The position numbers and the translations under genes were made by a program. Below the pieces are notes generated by a model. It was not told the DNA's origin, ran no database searches, and was given only the letters and a program-made list of their open reading frames with translations. Shown here one piece after another: positions 50,809-64,000 of a stretch of DNA of 64,000 nucleotides. Source of the stretch: Paragordius varius (lineage: Eukaryota; Animalia; Nematomorpha); NCBI GenBank assembly GCA_964247055.1, contig OZ176057.1, positions 3,844,001 to 3,908,000 of the forward strand, in the 5' to 3' direction. Each line of letters opens with the position of its first letter. Position 1 is the stretch's first letter.

Positions 50809-52192
50809 TATTTTTTACATAATTTCAAAATATAAATATTCCATATATGTTACATTAATTAAAATTTGGATGATTATTATTCTCGTTTCCGACAAAACAA
50901 TGCTGTATAAAACACAAATTTTTTTTGCCTCTAAGGTGCAGCAAAGAAAGACAACAATATGGAAGCAAAAAAGAACCTCCTGGAAAATAATCAATAAACA
51001 TAACATACACCTTGTTAAGAGTTATTACAAAACAAAAAAAGGTCACTACCAGCTATTAGAAGAAGCTAACAAATGTAATTCCGCCCTTAACCAATGAATT
51101 ACGAATCTGAATTCAACGAAAATAATTTTAACCAAATTAGGTATTGGGAAAAATAAAAAAATATGGAATTGATACCTATTATAAAATTATAAAACTTTAA
51201 ATTCAATATAGACAACCAATACAACAAAATAATTACAATAGGTAATATATCATAATAACGATTGTTTTGTTATCGTTCTAATATGTCTAATTATATTTTT
51301 TTTCTTTTAAAAATGAAATTTAAAAATCAATACAACGAAAACATCTATATATATATATATATTATATATATATATATATATGGTAAAAATGTAACCTTAT
51401 ATTACAAAATAAAATAAAATAAATGCGTTTTACAAAAATATCTAATTTTATAAAAAAAAATTTTTTTTACAACAATCAATATCAAAATGTTAGTGCATTT
51501 TTAAGGTTTTAACCCCCCTTCCCTTTCTCTCTCTACTCTATTGCGTATATTATGAACAAGGCACCGTTATGACGCCTAAATCATTTAAGTTCTCAATTTC
51601 TCTTATTGATTACACATTTTTGTTTTTAGTAAAATAATTTTTGCATCCTATAGCAGTTAAAGGAAATGGTTATTAATAAAAATTACATTGTATAATAATA
51701 ATATAATCCTTCTTCCCTTTATATATATACGCTGAGATATATAATGGAGATTAAATTCTATTTATATGTTATTTTGAATGGTTGGTTCATACATGGAGAT
51801 TATCTATAAATGATTGTATTATACAACAATATATGTCAGGAAGGTCTTTATTTTCTTTTGTTAAAAATCTAAATTTTCTCAAATTTTGTTATCGGAGATA
51901 TCGTTAAATACATAATAATCATTTCTGAAACATTTTTTATATTGGTTATATGTAATCAACACTATTTTTTGACATTTATTCACCGCTAATACTTATAAAA
52001 GTTTTTGTCAGTGCCCATAAAAACTGACACCTAATATTAAGGGTAATTTAATTTTTGTGATCTCATTTTTTATATCAAAAATGAAAGATGATTGATAATT
52101 TGACATATTGAATCGTTTTCCTTCCTATTTTTATCAAAATCAAAACTTATAAATCAATCAATGAACGCTTTTGATTGATAGCTGTTTCAAAA

Positions 52193-55100
52193 ATGTTAAT
52201 TTTAATCCTGTATTGTTGTGCACTTATCGATTTACAATGTAAATTTTACCCATTCAAGAATAGCCCTTTGGCAGCGTTTGCTGCAAAACCAAATACAGAC
52301 TCTAATATTTTTGTACGGGGTCCAACGGCTCGCATGTATAAAAGCACAACTCAAAATTCTTCAATGAATCCAATAACAATCGGCTTAACGAAATACTATT
52401 CTAATATAATTTATCCTAATACCCTTGTTTCAAACCTTCAAACTTTAAATGATTTTCAAAGTAATTTTTCCACCAATTTGGTTACAGTATCGCGATTACC
52501 ATCATTACAAAACAATGGTGGTGTAATTAGCGACACACTAGAACAAATCACAACCAAAGGGAAAAAGAAAGGCCGCTGGGAAAATTTTACCCCTAGCCTG
52601 ATAGCCTGGTGGGTCCTATATTCCCTACTAAGTGTCATTATAACCGTTTCGAATCTAGCAACTATCATAGTAATTACAAGTTGCAAAAAGTTACGAAATT
52701 CTACCAATTATTATGTCTTGGCTTTGTCAACCTGTTACCTAATGTCAGGTTTAACTTAGATAAAAGAATATCACTTTTATACCTATATAATAAGTTAATT
52801 TAAGTAAAATAGATAATTGAAAAATATATGGAAAATACAAGAGACCCAACCTAATTGTTGAGGTTTTTAGGCCCATATGTTTTCCTGTACATATTATCAG
52901 ACTTCAAAGCTACTTTGTCATTTCAAGCCCTTTATAATATGCCACAAGTTATAAAAAATAAGAATTGAAATTTATTTTTTGGAATGCAAACATATCAAAC
53001 TTTATTTATCTATACCATAAATTTTTTCACGGTTTCAAATTTGCTGAGATTTGTAAATTTTAATTAACTGAAATTCTTTCTCTTGTGGAATATATTAAAA
53101 TAGCGTGTTTTAGCAAACTATTGTATAAATTAAAGCCCCTACTCTAACTAATCTAACTTGGAATAATTATTTTGAAGGTCATATTAATTAATGTAATAAA
53201 ATGATTAAGGAGGTGATAGGAATTGATATTAAATTACAATTTCCCAATTTTAAATCCTAATCTCAAATTATAATTAAAATTCAATGCTTTCTTATGAATC
53301 AACAGGTAAATACAATAGGTTATTTTATTAATTAGTTGCTTATTCTTCAATTTTTTTAATCTTTTAAAATGATTTATGTTACTATAACATTATTGAAGGC
53401 CATGAGGATGTGCATCGAGAACCTAGGACTACAGAAGATAATAATTAATTTAATTAAAAAATATTATTGAATTTTAATCTATAAGGTAATTCTAAGTTAT
53501 TTAAAGGATCAATATCAAATAATCCCCGTGCTAATCCTTTAAAAAATATTGATCTGAACGGTTTATAAGTCAAATAAATGCAATTAAAGCAAAATAAGCC
53601 AGACTTTTGTTTGATAAAAATTACAACTTTTACCGCATAAAAGCAAGTTTTTTGATTCGAATTTGTCGCTAAAATGCTGTTCTAGCTTTAACTTTATATA
53701 TTTTAAGGTTCAAAAAATATATCTTTGGCAAAAAATAATTTCAGCATCATCCTTATGATGCATATTGACAAGGAAAATTTAAGTTTTCTCTCATATGTAA
53801 TAAAATATTCAATCCTATATAATGTGGTAAAAAATGTTATAAATAAAATTTATTTCCTAATTATTTCCAGAAGCTTTTAGAATTTTAATTATATATTATT
53901 TATAAACTTTAATTTTTTCATTTTACCGTACAGTGTAATAAGTGTTATTAATTTATTAAAAAAATATGATAAATATTTATATAAACGTTATGATCTTGCT
54001 ATACCGTGGTCACGTTTAATAATGAGCCCTTAATTATTTATGAATACATAGAATAAACTTTTTATCTTCTATATTTATCAGTAATTCCTAAACAACAATC
54101 TAATCAGACACAAAATAAATTAAACTGCACTAAATTTTTAGGACTCAATCTTTTCACATGGCATATGTACAGTTCACACAAAAATATGCCTTTGTAAATT
54201 CTGAATTAGAGTTTTTTGGCGCTTTTAGTTTACAGTAGAAATCAAATAAAAAATATGTAAACTATTATTGCTCTTTAACGAAAAATTACATCAATTAGCA
54301 CACTTTACACTAAATTTAGGCCAAATATTTATTCTAAAATAAAATATATCATACAATGCAAAACATTTTATTTAAAAGTCTTGTTACTTATTTTAAAAAT
54401 TCGATGCTGCTGATATATCACCTCAGATGGTTTCAAAATAAAATTGTCTTCAATAAATTTTTTGAGGATTACTAAACTTGATGTTTACAATGAAGTTATA
54501 TGATTCATAAATAATCTTACAACAGAGCATAATGCCACCTAGTTTCATAAAATTAGTCAACTTTTTTAATATGTCTACTACTCTGCTAAGAAAAGATTTC
54601 AAGTTCTTAAATCCATTCATTTACCGATTACAGATGCAGCCGTATTTTGAACTATGCAACTTAGCTAAAAAATGGTCTTAAATAGTAGCAATAAGTATTG
54701 GACAACATCCCTAAGGATTGTCACTAGACAACGCTAAAAGGAAACAACCAATTTCTGTCCCGTATAATTAAATTAAATAAGAATAATTAACAGTTAAAAA
54801 ATAATTAAATTAAATATTCGAATTTTAAATTCAGTACAACATATATAAATTACAGGTAAACATTTGAAAGATTGTTATAAGCTATAAAATAAAAAATTTT
54901 GAGATAAAAACAAACAACAAAAATATTTTGTTAAGTTTATGAATAGAGTTAGCCTTAATATTTTCAAATGAATTACTCTTAAATTATTTATAAGTATTAG
55001 GGTGAAACGGAAATAATGGTATAATTCTTGCTTTTCATTTTTGAACTTTAATGGCATGTCTTTAATAACATTAATAAAGTAAACAAGTAAAACAAGCAGC

Positions 55101-57403
55101 AATAAATGAACTTTTTAAATATAAAGTTGAATGAAAATATTAACCTTTTAATTATTTAACAAAACATATATATTAATGAATGTCCTGTTGCACTTTAAAT
55201 ACAAGTTAGGGTAGGTAGAAAATTAATGATTGATGTGTCTGATTAATTTTAAACAATAACAACACATTAAAATTAAGACGGGATTTTTGTACCTTAAATT
55301 AAATACTTATATTATAAATTTTTATCGTAACTAGTTTTTCTTCTCTTTAATTCAAATTGGGATATAATACCCCAGACTAAATTTAAATTAATATTTTAAA
55401 ATCTACTGAAGTAAACGGTCCCAATTTAAATTTATGCTTCTATCCTAATAAAAATTTTATTAATTTGCCAAAATATCTAAATAAAATCTTGTTTTGAAAA
55501 AAAAGTTTCATGTCAAACTACTTCGACGCCATTTTTATTTTACAAAATTTTTGCAAAATATCGTCTTGCTTTAATTTTAAGGGTAAATTAAAGCTAATTT
55601 TTTATTTAAATTACATCTAACATTGATAAAAATAGAAAAAACGGTTTATTTTGTATTATTTTTTAATTTTACTATTTCACACATGTCACGTTGACGAAAT
55701 TTTTATTTTTCGGTTTTAGCTTAAAATAGGTAATATCAAATATTTTTAAATAAAATTTTATATATTTCGGTTTAGTAATGTTATATAAGTACATCATTTT
55801 ACCATGGTTTCGATTCCTTCCATACTTTTTAAGGTATTTGATTTTAAACAGGCCTGGGGTATCCAACTACCTTAATTTGAATCGAAGGAGTAAAATGAGT
55901 GTGTTGTATCCAAGTGTTAAAATTGGCTAAGTCAGCAAGAAAATTTATCTTATAATATAAATATTTTTTAGAGAAAACAAAAAAATCATATGTGCCTGGA
56001 TTATATTAGGTAGAAGGCCCAATTTTAGCAGTTTTTTAATACATAATCACAGTACCTTAGACATAAGGGCTCAGCAAATTATAGTATAAGTATACATTGC
56101 TAGAAAATTATTATTTTTTGCCAAATAGTAAATACAACAAAGGGCAGTATTATTGGGTTATAGTTGTTTTTTTAACATAATAATTTTTAATAGGGTCTCA
56201 GGAAGGCATCTCTGTCTGGTTGTCCCCAAACCTAAAAATAAAAACTTTCATTGTTATTGAATATCTAATATCAGGATGTATTTTTTAATATGACAAATAG
56301 TAATATTGATTGACAAAAATTAATTTAGTTTTTAAAGATATATCCACTGTCAGGTTTTGAATTTATTAAAGTTAACTCCTCATCATGTTAAATACTTAAG
56401 TGTTATAACAATATTTTATATATATAAGCTCACCACCATCATCTAAACATTGTTAATCTGCTATAAAAATAAGAAAGATCTACGTAAACCTATAATCCTT
56501 TACCTCCTTTCATATATAATAATATTACAGTTGGTATCTTAAATGAATTTATTATTTTTAGAGGCTTAAAAAACTATATTGCTACAAATGGGATTAGTAT
56601 TAAATTTATCTATCAGATGTTACATAAAGAACAATTCAGATTATTACATATTATATATATATATATATATATATTCCAGGCATGTATCGAATAATTGCAC
56701 ATTAGCAAAACGGTTAAAAGACAAAAAATATACCATAAAATATTTTATAATGGCCATTTTTGACAATCTTTTTCCATTAGTATCCTGATGTCTTTGTAAT
56801 GTAAATTTGATGACTTTTTGACTGTACTTATCTTAGGATAAATTTACGTGAAACTATATCTTAAAATTTTATTATTCCAATTTTATGTCGAATTTTACAC
56901 AATACGATTTCCGACTTGCTTAAATTTATACGTATTTTTTTGTAATGTTATCATAAATTATTTATCGATTAATTCCACAAAAAAAACAAAATATCAATTT
57001 TCACAAAAGGGAAATGAGTAATGATAATTAATAAATGAAAAAAAATACTCTTTGAAAATCATTAATATTGACTGGTGTGCACTTATCAACGTTTATTATG
57101 GCGCTTCTTGAACACTGCCTTAATTTTTTTAACTCTATTTTCACCTTAAAAATAGCTTTAAAGGTAATGGGGTCAAATATTGTATTGACGTAATAACACC
57201 TCCTACTCTAAATTAGAAAATAGATACATAATGTAAGGATAATAATTATTGGTTTAATAGTTATTTAATTGGCAAACAGAGAATAATTTTTAGTTTTTCG
57301 CAATGAATGCAGAGGATTAGGCCAAAACATATTTGCTTGCCACATTATTTTCCTGTATTTACTAACTAAAAGATTTGTGTACACCAATAATACGGTTCCT
57401 TAT

Positions 57404-57436
<33 letters not shown>

Positions 57437-60400
57437 CATTTTAAGATTTTTTAGTACATATATATGGGATTCATATCTTCACAAATGAGATTTTTTGTTT
57501 GTTTACTGTCCAAAAAATAATTAATTCTAACCAGAAAAGTGAATAAAATAAATTAATTTTAATGGTTTTAGAGTTATGTGATGTTTTCAAAAGCCAAAAA
57601 TATTCAAAACTTAGTATTTGGCTGTAATATTGTCATCTTGAATATACAGCACTCCCGCGAGAATTAGGACTTATTATAAATTAAAATATACTTATCTAAA
57701 GCATATTTTTAAAAATTATAAAACTTGTGGTATTAACATATTTTGTTAAAATGATTCAACAAACAGAATACCATTTTAAAGTGATTTAACAATCAAAAAC
57801 ATATTAAACGTTAAAAGATTTTCATTTGAATATAAGGATTTCACACCGATTCAAATTGGAGGCTTTAGGGACCCCTGTGTTGTTTAAAATTATACATTTC
57901 TAATAATATGGAACAAATTAAAACCATTGCAAATAAACTTATATACCATTGATGCATGCATCGAAATACAAAAAAGATTTGTTTTAAAAAACTTGATATT
58001 ACTTATTTTTGGAACCTCGAATAAATTTAGTCAACATGAAATGACATGTGGTTAGCTAAATAGAAAAATGATTCAATATAAACCACCTGTTCTTGTCTCA
58101 ATATTATATGTGAATTAAACAAAAAATCAGCTTTAATTATGGCTTATTTATAAAATTTTTGTTAAGAAATTAATTATAAATTGGAACCTTTTCTTTCAGT
58201 AGTTTTCAATAATATTAACTTAAATATAGTATGGGGCCACATAGCCCAATTAAAATTGAAGTGTTTTTTCTAACCTTAAATAAAGGTTTATAAAATACCT
58301 AAAATAAACAATACATATATAAATCTAGAAATCTAGCTTATTATATATTAGTATGGCTCAAAGACGTTCGAACCTATAAAAATTTCCATATTATGATTTA
58401 AAAAATCTCAAAATATCGTATTTAGTCATTCCAAAAGATATATTTTATGTAAACATTTTATGTCAATTTGATTTGGATTTTTACAATAATTTTTAATTAA
58501 TAAATTCCAAATTAAAACTTTTCAGCATGTTGATAAGAAAAAATAGCTGTCTTTTAAAATAGTATTAATAAATATTCGTAAAAATTGTGTATTTGGGTAT
58601 TCCATGTTAATATCTAATACATATCCCAAATTATTATCAATTTTTGTTACACTTTTATTGTTTGCAGGCGACAGCCTTTTGTTATACCCTTGTGGTTAAA
58701 TTTGTAAATATATTCGTTTTGAAAATTATTTTCGTTTATATTCAATAAATGTTTTGTTTTGGAAAGGAAAGCATTTTTTTTACATTTATTAAATTTTAGA
58801 ATCCATAATAGGGATAGATCCAAAACCTGATTGAAATATTATATTTTTAAAATAAAAAATATAAAAAAGCTGTAAAATAATTAAGTTACATATTTACGAT
58901 TACACAATGCCCGCAAAGAATATCTTGATTAAATATATAATTTCGATAGGAAAACTTTCAGGATTATCATGGTTTTAATTGGTTTTTATGAGTGATTTAA
59001 TATTTCACTTTTGTGGCAACCGTTTCATGTAAGAAATGACATTATTTGCGAGATAAAAGCTAAATGCTTCATTCCAAAAATATTATTAAAATATTTATAA
59101 ACTATATAAAATGCAAAACAATTTTAATTTTATTTGTGTCCGAAAGTCTGTCTCAAAAGAAAGGCAAAATGTTGAGATCTCAAAAATTTTAAATACTTGA
59201 TAGATTCTGGCATCATATTTTTGAAAAATGCATAGTCCAAATTTAAATTTTAGTAAAATTTTTTAGGCGCTGTTTTTATTACGAAGCATAATAGTACAGA
59301 AATAATCTAAGATATTGCAAATAATTTTTTCTTTGTAATGCGATGCTTTATCATATCAGAATTTTTAAAAGATTTGTTTGTTGGGTGTTTTTTAAACGAA
59401 TATTTACCATTTTGAGCTAAAATTTTGACATGATAAAAATGTTCAGCATCATCAAATTATATAGAAAAAATTAATATTAAACGGTTTCTATACCGTTTTT
59501 ATCATTCTTCAATGGGATGTGGTACGCTTGAACAACATTTTGCTAAAATATTTTCAACAAAGTATGCATTGATGCTTTATCTGGCATAAATCAAAAAATT
59601 TATCACGAAATCTCGGTTTTGCGTTTATTTTAAGGCCCATTTTAGAAAAGCGAAAAAATTGGGACTTTAGGAGCCTACAACTAAAAATTAGTGTTTTATA
59701 AAAATATAGTTTTCCTTTTTTAGCGATATTTTTGAAGCATTTAGTTTTCACCAAAAATGTGCGCTTATTTTGATATACTGATGTGTAGCAACTATCATAA
59801 AAATGTAAATAACTTTTCTACATTACTCGTAAGGGCCCAAAAGCACCATGATAAGATAAATTTTTGCATCAAAGATATTTATAACAATATCCCCTCCCCC
59901 CCTTGATATTAAAAATGGCGACGAAAACTTGAAAAATTTTGTATGTCTTATTCAATTTTTGAACTGGAAACAAATATGTATTTTTTTAGCTGAATATTAT
60001 TGCTAAATTTTTGACAATATGGGAATGTTAATTACAAACATTTGGCCACATAGAAAAATTTTAAGCATAATTAATTTATGTTTAACATTTTTTAATATTA
60101 ATTAAATATAAAACTATTTAATCTGTAATACATTAACGGACCTATAATTATAGGTAACGTGTTTAATTCTTATATATGTTGATATGTATGAGACTTCATT
60201 TTATTAATTATATAAATCTACCCTGTATTTTTGTAAAAATGTGATAGATGAAAACGAAAAATCTCATATAAGGGAACAGATGTGTAAATTGAAATCTCCA
60301 TTAACCATCTAATTTAATGAAATAGCCAATAATTGATCTAGTTAATGTTTTTTAAAATTTTAAAATTATATATGACTAAAAGATCCTGATTAATTATTCC

Positions 60401-63400
60401 ATTCTATATGAATTCGAGGTTAAATTTTAAAACCTGCCAAATTTTATTTTTACTAATATATAAATGTATATGTATATGCCTATATTTTCCCCTTTTTTCT
60501 AATAACAAGTCAAGTGAAATATCAATTGTGACAAGGTTTCCTTTTACAATTTTTATGCGTGTATTTTTGTGTGTTCTGAAACTATTTGACATATTAATTA
60601 ATATCATGATGTATTACATTACATAAAATTACATATACTTATTTAATAACTATATAATTATCTAGGGATTTATTAATCATACATACAATACAATAATATA
60701 TAGATAGATATAGTATAAAAATTAATTGAAGTAAGGTCACTTTTTACTAATTCAAGATTATGGCGCAACTAATTATATTATTATCTTTTTCTATTTTTAA
60801 ACCTTTTTTAGCATTAATCTTGAAATTTTCCGATTTTTGATAAGCTGAAATTTAAGAAGTTTTTTCTCCAAATAAATTAGTGATTCTATTTTTAATATAT
60901 ACTCCCCATAAACCCTTGATTATTTACCATTATTTTATTTAATTCAAATTAAAGTTTCGCCTTATAGCATCTCTTGTTGCCTTATTATATAAATTTGGAA
61001 AATCTTAAATATATTTCCAAATTTATATGCTTTCATCCTTATTTTATTTATATTAACTCTTTAAAAAAACATTATTGTTAATAGAAAGTTGGGTCTTAAT
61101 ATTTGTAAAATTTTATAAAAGAAAGAAAAATCAAGTGTTATCGTAGGATTTATTAATTTTATCCCTACAATCTTAAAAATTTAGTATTAATGGTTGGTAA
61201 AAATATATTACAACTGCTTAAACTCTACAACAAAATATTGGGAACTTAAAGATATTTAATACGCCGAAAGTTATACAAATTTTGATCAAAAACATATGGA
61301 TTTTACCTTTTAGGGCTTTTTGTTTTTAGTCCTATTATCTTATTGTATAGCTGGAAAAGGGTGAATGAATTTTTTTGGACATTAATAGAATTATATTTTC
61401 AAACACCAGGCCATTTATTTTAAAATATCTATTAATCTATGATATTGGGCCAAATTTTATAATATAAATATGGCTTTCAAGTCCCATTATACAAAAAATA
61501 AATTTACAGTAGCGCATGATAACAAATTACAAATGGTTGAAAAATAAAGATTTCTCCCCTGTTAAGAGGACAAACCTTTTACTATACCATACGCTACTAC
61601 AGTAACAACCAAATATTTATTTAATATAATATAATATTTGAATTGTGTGTGCATTATTAGGTTCCATAACTATCCCGATCTACATAGCTTACTATTTGTT
61701 TGATGTTGGCCTATTTCCCCACGAATACAATGGCTGTTTAACGCTTATGCTCGTAACTTTCCTCAACAATATGGCAGGTCTTGGTGCGGGTTATTCCATT
61801 TTGGGTATTGCTTTGGATCGCTATTATGCCGTGGTCAGACCCTTTAGTAGAAGATTAACACAGATATATGTTGGACCAATCATAGGTGTTATCTGGGCCA
61901 TATCATGCCTAATTAGTTTACCCATCATCATTATACAGAGTCATAGGCACCGGATTTTATCGCGCCTACATGCTCAGGGAATAGGTATATAAATGTTTTT
62001 AACATTAGAATCTGGTGTTTAAACTCATTTTTTGCCTCTTATTGGACCTTCACTAGTTATATTTGGTTTATCGTTCCTTTTTTGCAAAATCAAAATGCAT
62101 CGGCATAAATGTTTTTAGTCAGATAGTTGCGTTTGACTTTAATTTATTAATTAAATATATAGTTTAATGTAACATTGGTACAAATATAAGCAATGTTTGC
62201 AAAAAAGAGGGTTAATTTTTTTAACAAAAATTTTTTTTCCTGAGATAGCTTATGACCAGCGAATTCATTTGCCGCAAAAAATTTTATTTGTTGACGACCT
62301 ATTTTTTGTAATATTGAGAAATCGAAATCGTAATTAATAATAATTAGGGATAAACCAAAAAATAATGATAAAATTTGACATATTATGGTTTACTATCCTA
62401 TGAGATATTTCCAATAATAGCCTAAAATCATATAGTTAGGGTTTCTAAAAAATTTAAGCTCAAAAGATGGCGTTTTTAACGCACTTAAAAGACAAATTTT
62501 TTTTATAACTATATTCAAATAATTATTTTAATTATATACTAGCTAAACTCACTATTAAAATCTTAACATTCATATTTTATTTATTAAAAAACATATATTA
62601 AAATAAAACCAAAAAATATTTTTTCCTATTTTTGTCATCTGGATTATGAGTGTATAAAAATTTTATTCTGTTTTATTTTGGAATCTCACATGAATGGGAA
62701 TTATAAAGTATATAATTTATGCAAAATAGCATTTAAAAGTAGGGAATATCAACCAATATATCCCTGTAGCAAGTCTGTTATAAGACAACTTATGTTGGGA
62801 TTTCTACGGATTGTTAGTTGAAATTCCACAACTTTTAAATCCTCTTTTACATAAATTATATAGTTTATAATTCCCACTCATGTAAGATTACAAAATAAAA
62901 CAGTTTAAATTTATTATACACTCATAAACCAGATGCAAAAAAATGAAAAAGATAAAAAACAATATTTTTTGGTTTTATTTTGATATTTAAGTTTTTTTTA
63001 CTGATTAAAACATGTATGTTAGATTCTAATAGTGAGTTTAGCTAGTATATAATTAATTTAAAAAAATTATTTTAATATCGTTTCATAAAATTTTTTCGTC
63101 TTTTAAATGTGTTAAAAGAAAAACGCCATCTTTTGACTTGAGATTTTATAGAAACCCTAACTATATGATTTTAGGCTATTTATATATTGATAATATTTCC
63201 TAAAATGATAATAAACCATAATATCCCAAATTTTATCAGCCCGATTTCGATTTTCTCTCAATATCAAAAACTAGGTCGTCAACAAATAAAATTTTTTGCG
63301 GCAAATAAATTCGCTTGTCATAAGCTATCTTATGCAAAAAAAACATTTTGTAAAAATTTTTTTGCACACAGTGTAAGTATGCATGACTAGTTCCTCAATA

Positions 63401-64000
63401 AGTATTGCCACATTGCATATAAAGAAAAGTGGAATATAATTAGGCTATAGTTTATCTGTTTTTTTACTACTATTAGCCAAAAACATTACTGTATAAGCTA
63501 TCCGGCAATATAAAACTAGCAACGCATACTTATTACACCTCAAGAACATTTCGAATTCACCCTAAAACTAATATACCTTATCATCATTAATATAAAATAT
63601 TTCTTTATGGTATAGCTTTTTATTTTTTCTGTTTTATGTTAATTTTAAACATATAAAAAATATAAGTATCATTTGATATTTAAAAACACATTATTTTAGG
63701 GTAAATTTGAATTGTTCAAGGGTGAATTTGAAGTGTAAATGTTAAATATATTTTTTAACACATACTCTATTTCAAAACATTTAGTTTTTGACAAGCAAAC
63801 TGAAAAATCATGTGAACTTAATGCAATAGAACACCGTGTCTTACTATATTTTCAAGTGGTTGTTGGATGTGCCTTACCTATTGCCATAACCTTGGGCCTA
63901 TACATAAATATGGGGTATAAACTTTGGGTCTCGACCAAAATTGTTTCGCTTTTGGCCGCTAGTGGTTTATCACGAACACCCTCTTCTTACAATAATGATA
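52193..64000 (+). CDS. Class A (rhodopsin-like) GPCR, atypical; 3'-partial, TM1-TM5 in window
   Basis: Exons ~52193-52748 (start codon uncertain; downstream in-frame ATGs also exist), 61661-61984, 63785->64000, phases consistent. TM1/ICL1 VIITVSNLATIIVITSCKKLRNSTNYYVLALS; TM3 SILGIALDRYYAVVRP; TM4 IIGVIWAISCLISLP; ECL2 Cys (EKSCELN); TM5 FQVVVGCALPIAITLGLYINMGYKLW. N-terminal sequons NSS, NFS, NFT. Ligand class not determinable. Confidence 0.9.
55347..55916 (-). mobile_element. TTAA-flanked element, family B, reverse orientation, in GPCR intron 1
   Basis: ...GGCCTGGGGTATCCAACTACC...GTTGTATCCAAGTG|TTAA; the other end is degenerate. Confidence 0.75.
57840..58265 (+). mobile_element. Family B, old degenerate copy
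   Basis: CCGATTCAAATTGGAGG...GGAACCTTTTCTTTCAGTAG...AATTGAAGTG; recognisably collinear with the other family B copies. Confidence 0.55.
62195..63372. repeat. ~1.2-kb fold-back palindrome in GPCR intron 2
   Basis: Arm pairs: GATAGCTTATGAC..GCGAATT.ATTTGCCGCAAAAAATTTTATTTGTTGACGACCTA / TAGGTCGTCAACAAATAAAATTTTTTGCGGCAAAT.AATTCGC..GTCATAAGCTATC, TAGCCTAAAATCATATAGTTAGGGTTTCTA / TAGAAACCCTAACTATATGATTTTAGGCTA, TACTAGCTAAACTCACTATTA / TAATAGTGAGTTTAGCTAGTA; centre at ~62760-62810. Confidence 0.88.
63530..63744. mobile_element. MITE family A, degenerate left end, in GPCR intron 2
   Basis: TTCGAATTCACCCTAAAA...AGGGTAAATTTGAATTGTTCAAGGGTGAATTTGAAGTGTAAATGTTA. Confidence 0.7.

Noticed and set aside
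50815-51097. Three overlapping short ORFs upstream of the GPCR
   Set aside because: No motif, no splice-consistent partner exons, and lengths expected by chance.
54480-54760. Possible hAT transposase remnant (YSAKKRFQVLKSI)
   Set aside because: Too short and interrupted to support by eye; it would need a translated search.
57060-57170. Exon-like open stretch ending in AAG|GTAATG inside GPCR intron 1
   Set aside because: No suitable acceptor, no GPCR similarity, and the flanking exons already join in phase. It shows weak similarity to 52210-52270, which also makes the GPCR's first ATG uncertain.
1-64000. tRNA, rRNA, snRNA or spliced-leader RNA genes; non-standard genetic code
   Set aside because: No recognisable signatures were seen by eye (a covariance-model scan was not possible), and all five genes translate cleanly with the standard code.

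Overview
This is an extremely AT-rich, intron-containing animal (invertebrate-type) genomic window; the organism cannot be identified from the sequence alone. Five spliced genes were rebuilt by hand with phase-consistent GT-AG junctions. (1) A much-expanded retinoblastoma-family pocket protein on the minus strand, 15 exons in the window and running off the left edge. (2) ALYREF/THOC4 on the plus strand, complete. (3) eIF3g on the minus strand. (4) COQ7/clk-1 on the plus strand, head-to-head with eIF3g with only 54 nt between the start codons; each of the two genes appears to carry a 30-nt intron. (5) An atypical class A GPCR on the plus strand with an 8.9-kb intron, running off the right edge. 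The rest is dense with transposon-derived DNA. It includes non-autonomous Helitron-like elements built from hierarchical tandem repeats with internal copies of their own 5' end, a decayed hAT element with intact TIRs and 8-bp TSD, an RTE-LINE 3' fragment, several MITE families (TA, TTAA and 8-bp TSD types), and two kilobase-scale fold-back palindromes. No tRNA, rRNA, snRNA or CRISPR array was recognised. The strongest leads are the self-concatenating Helitron/satellite system, the ultra-compact eIF3g/COQ7 pair with 30-nt introns, and the degenerate 5' splice-site usage. All analysis was by eye; repeat boundaries marked ~ are approximate.
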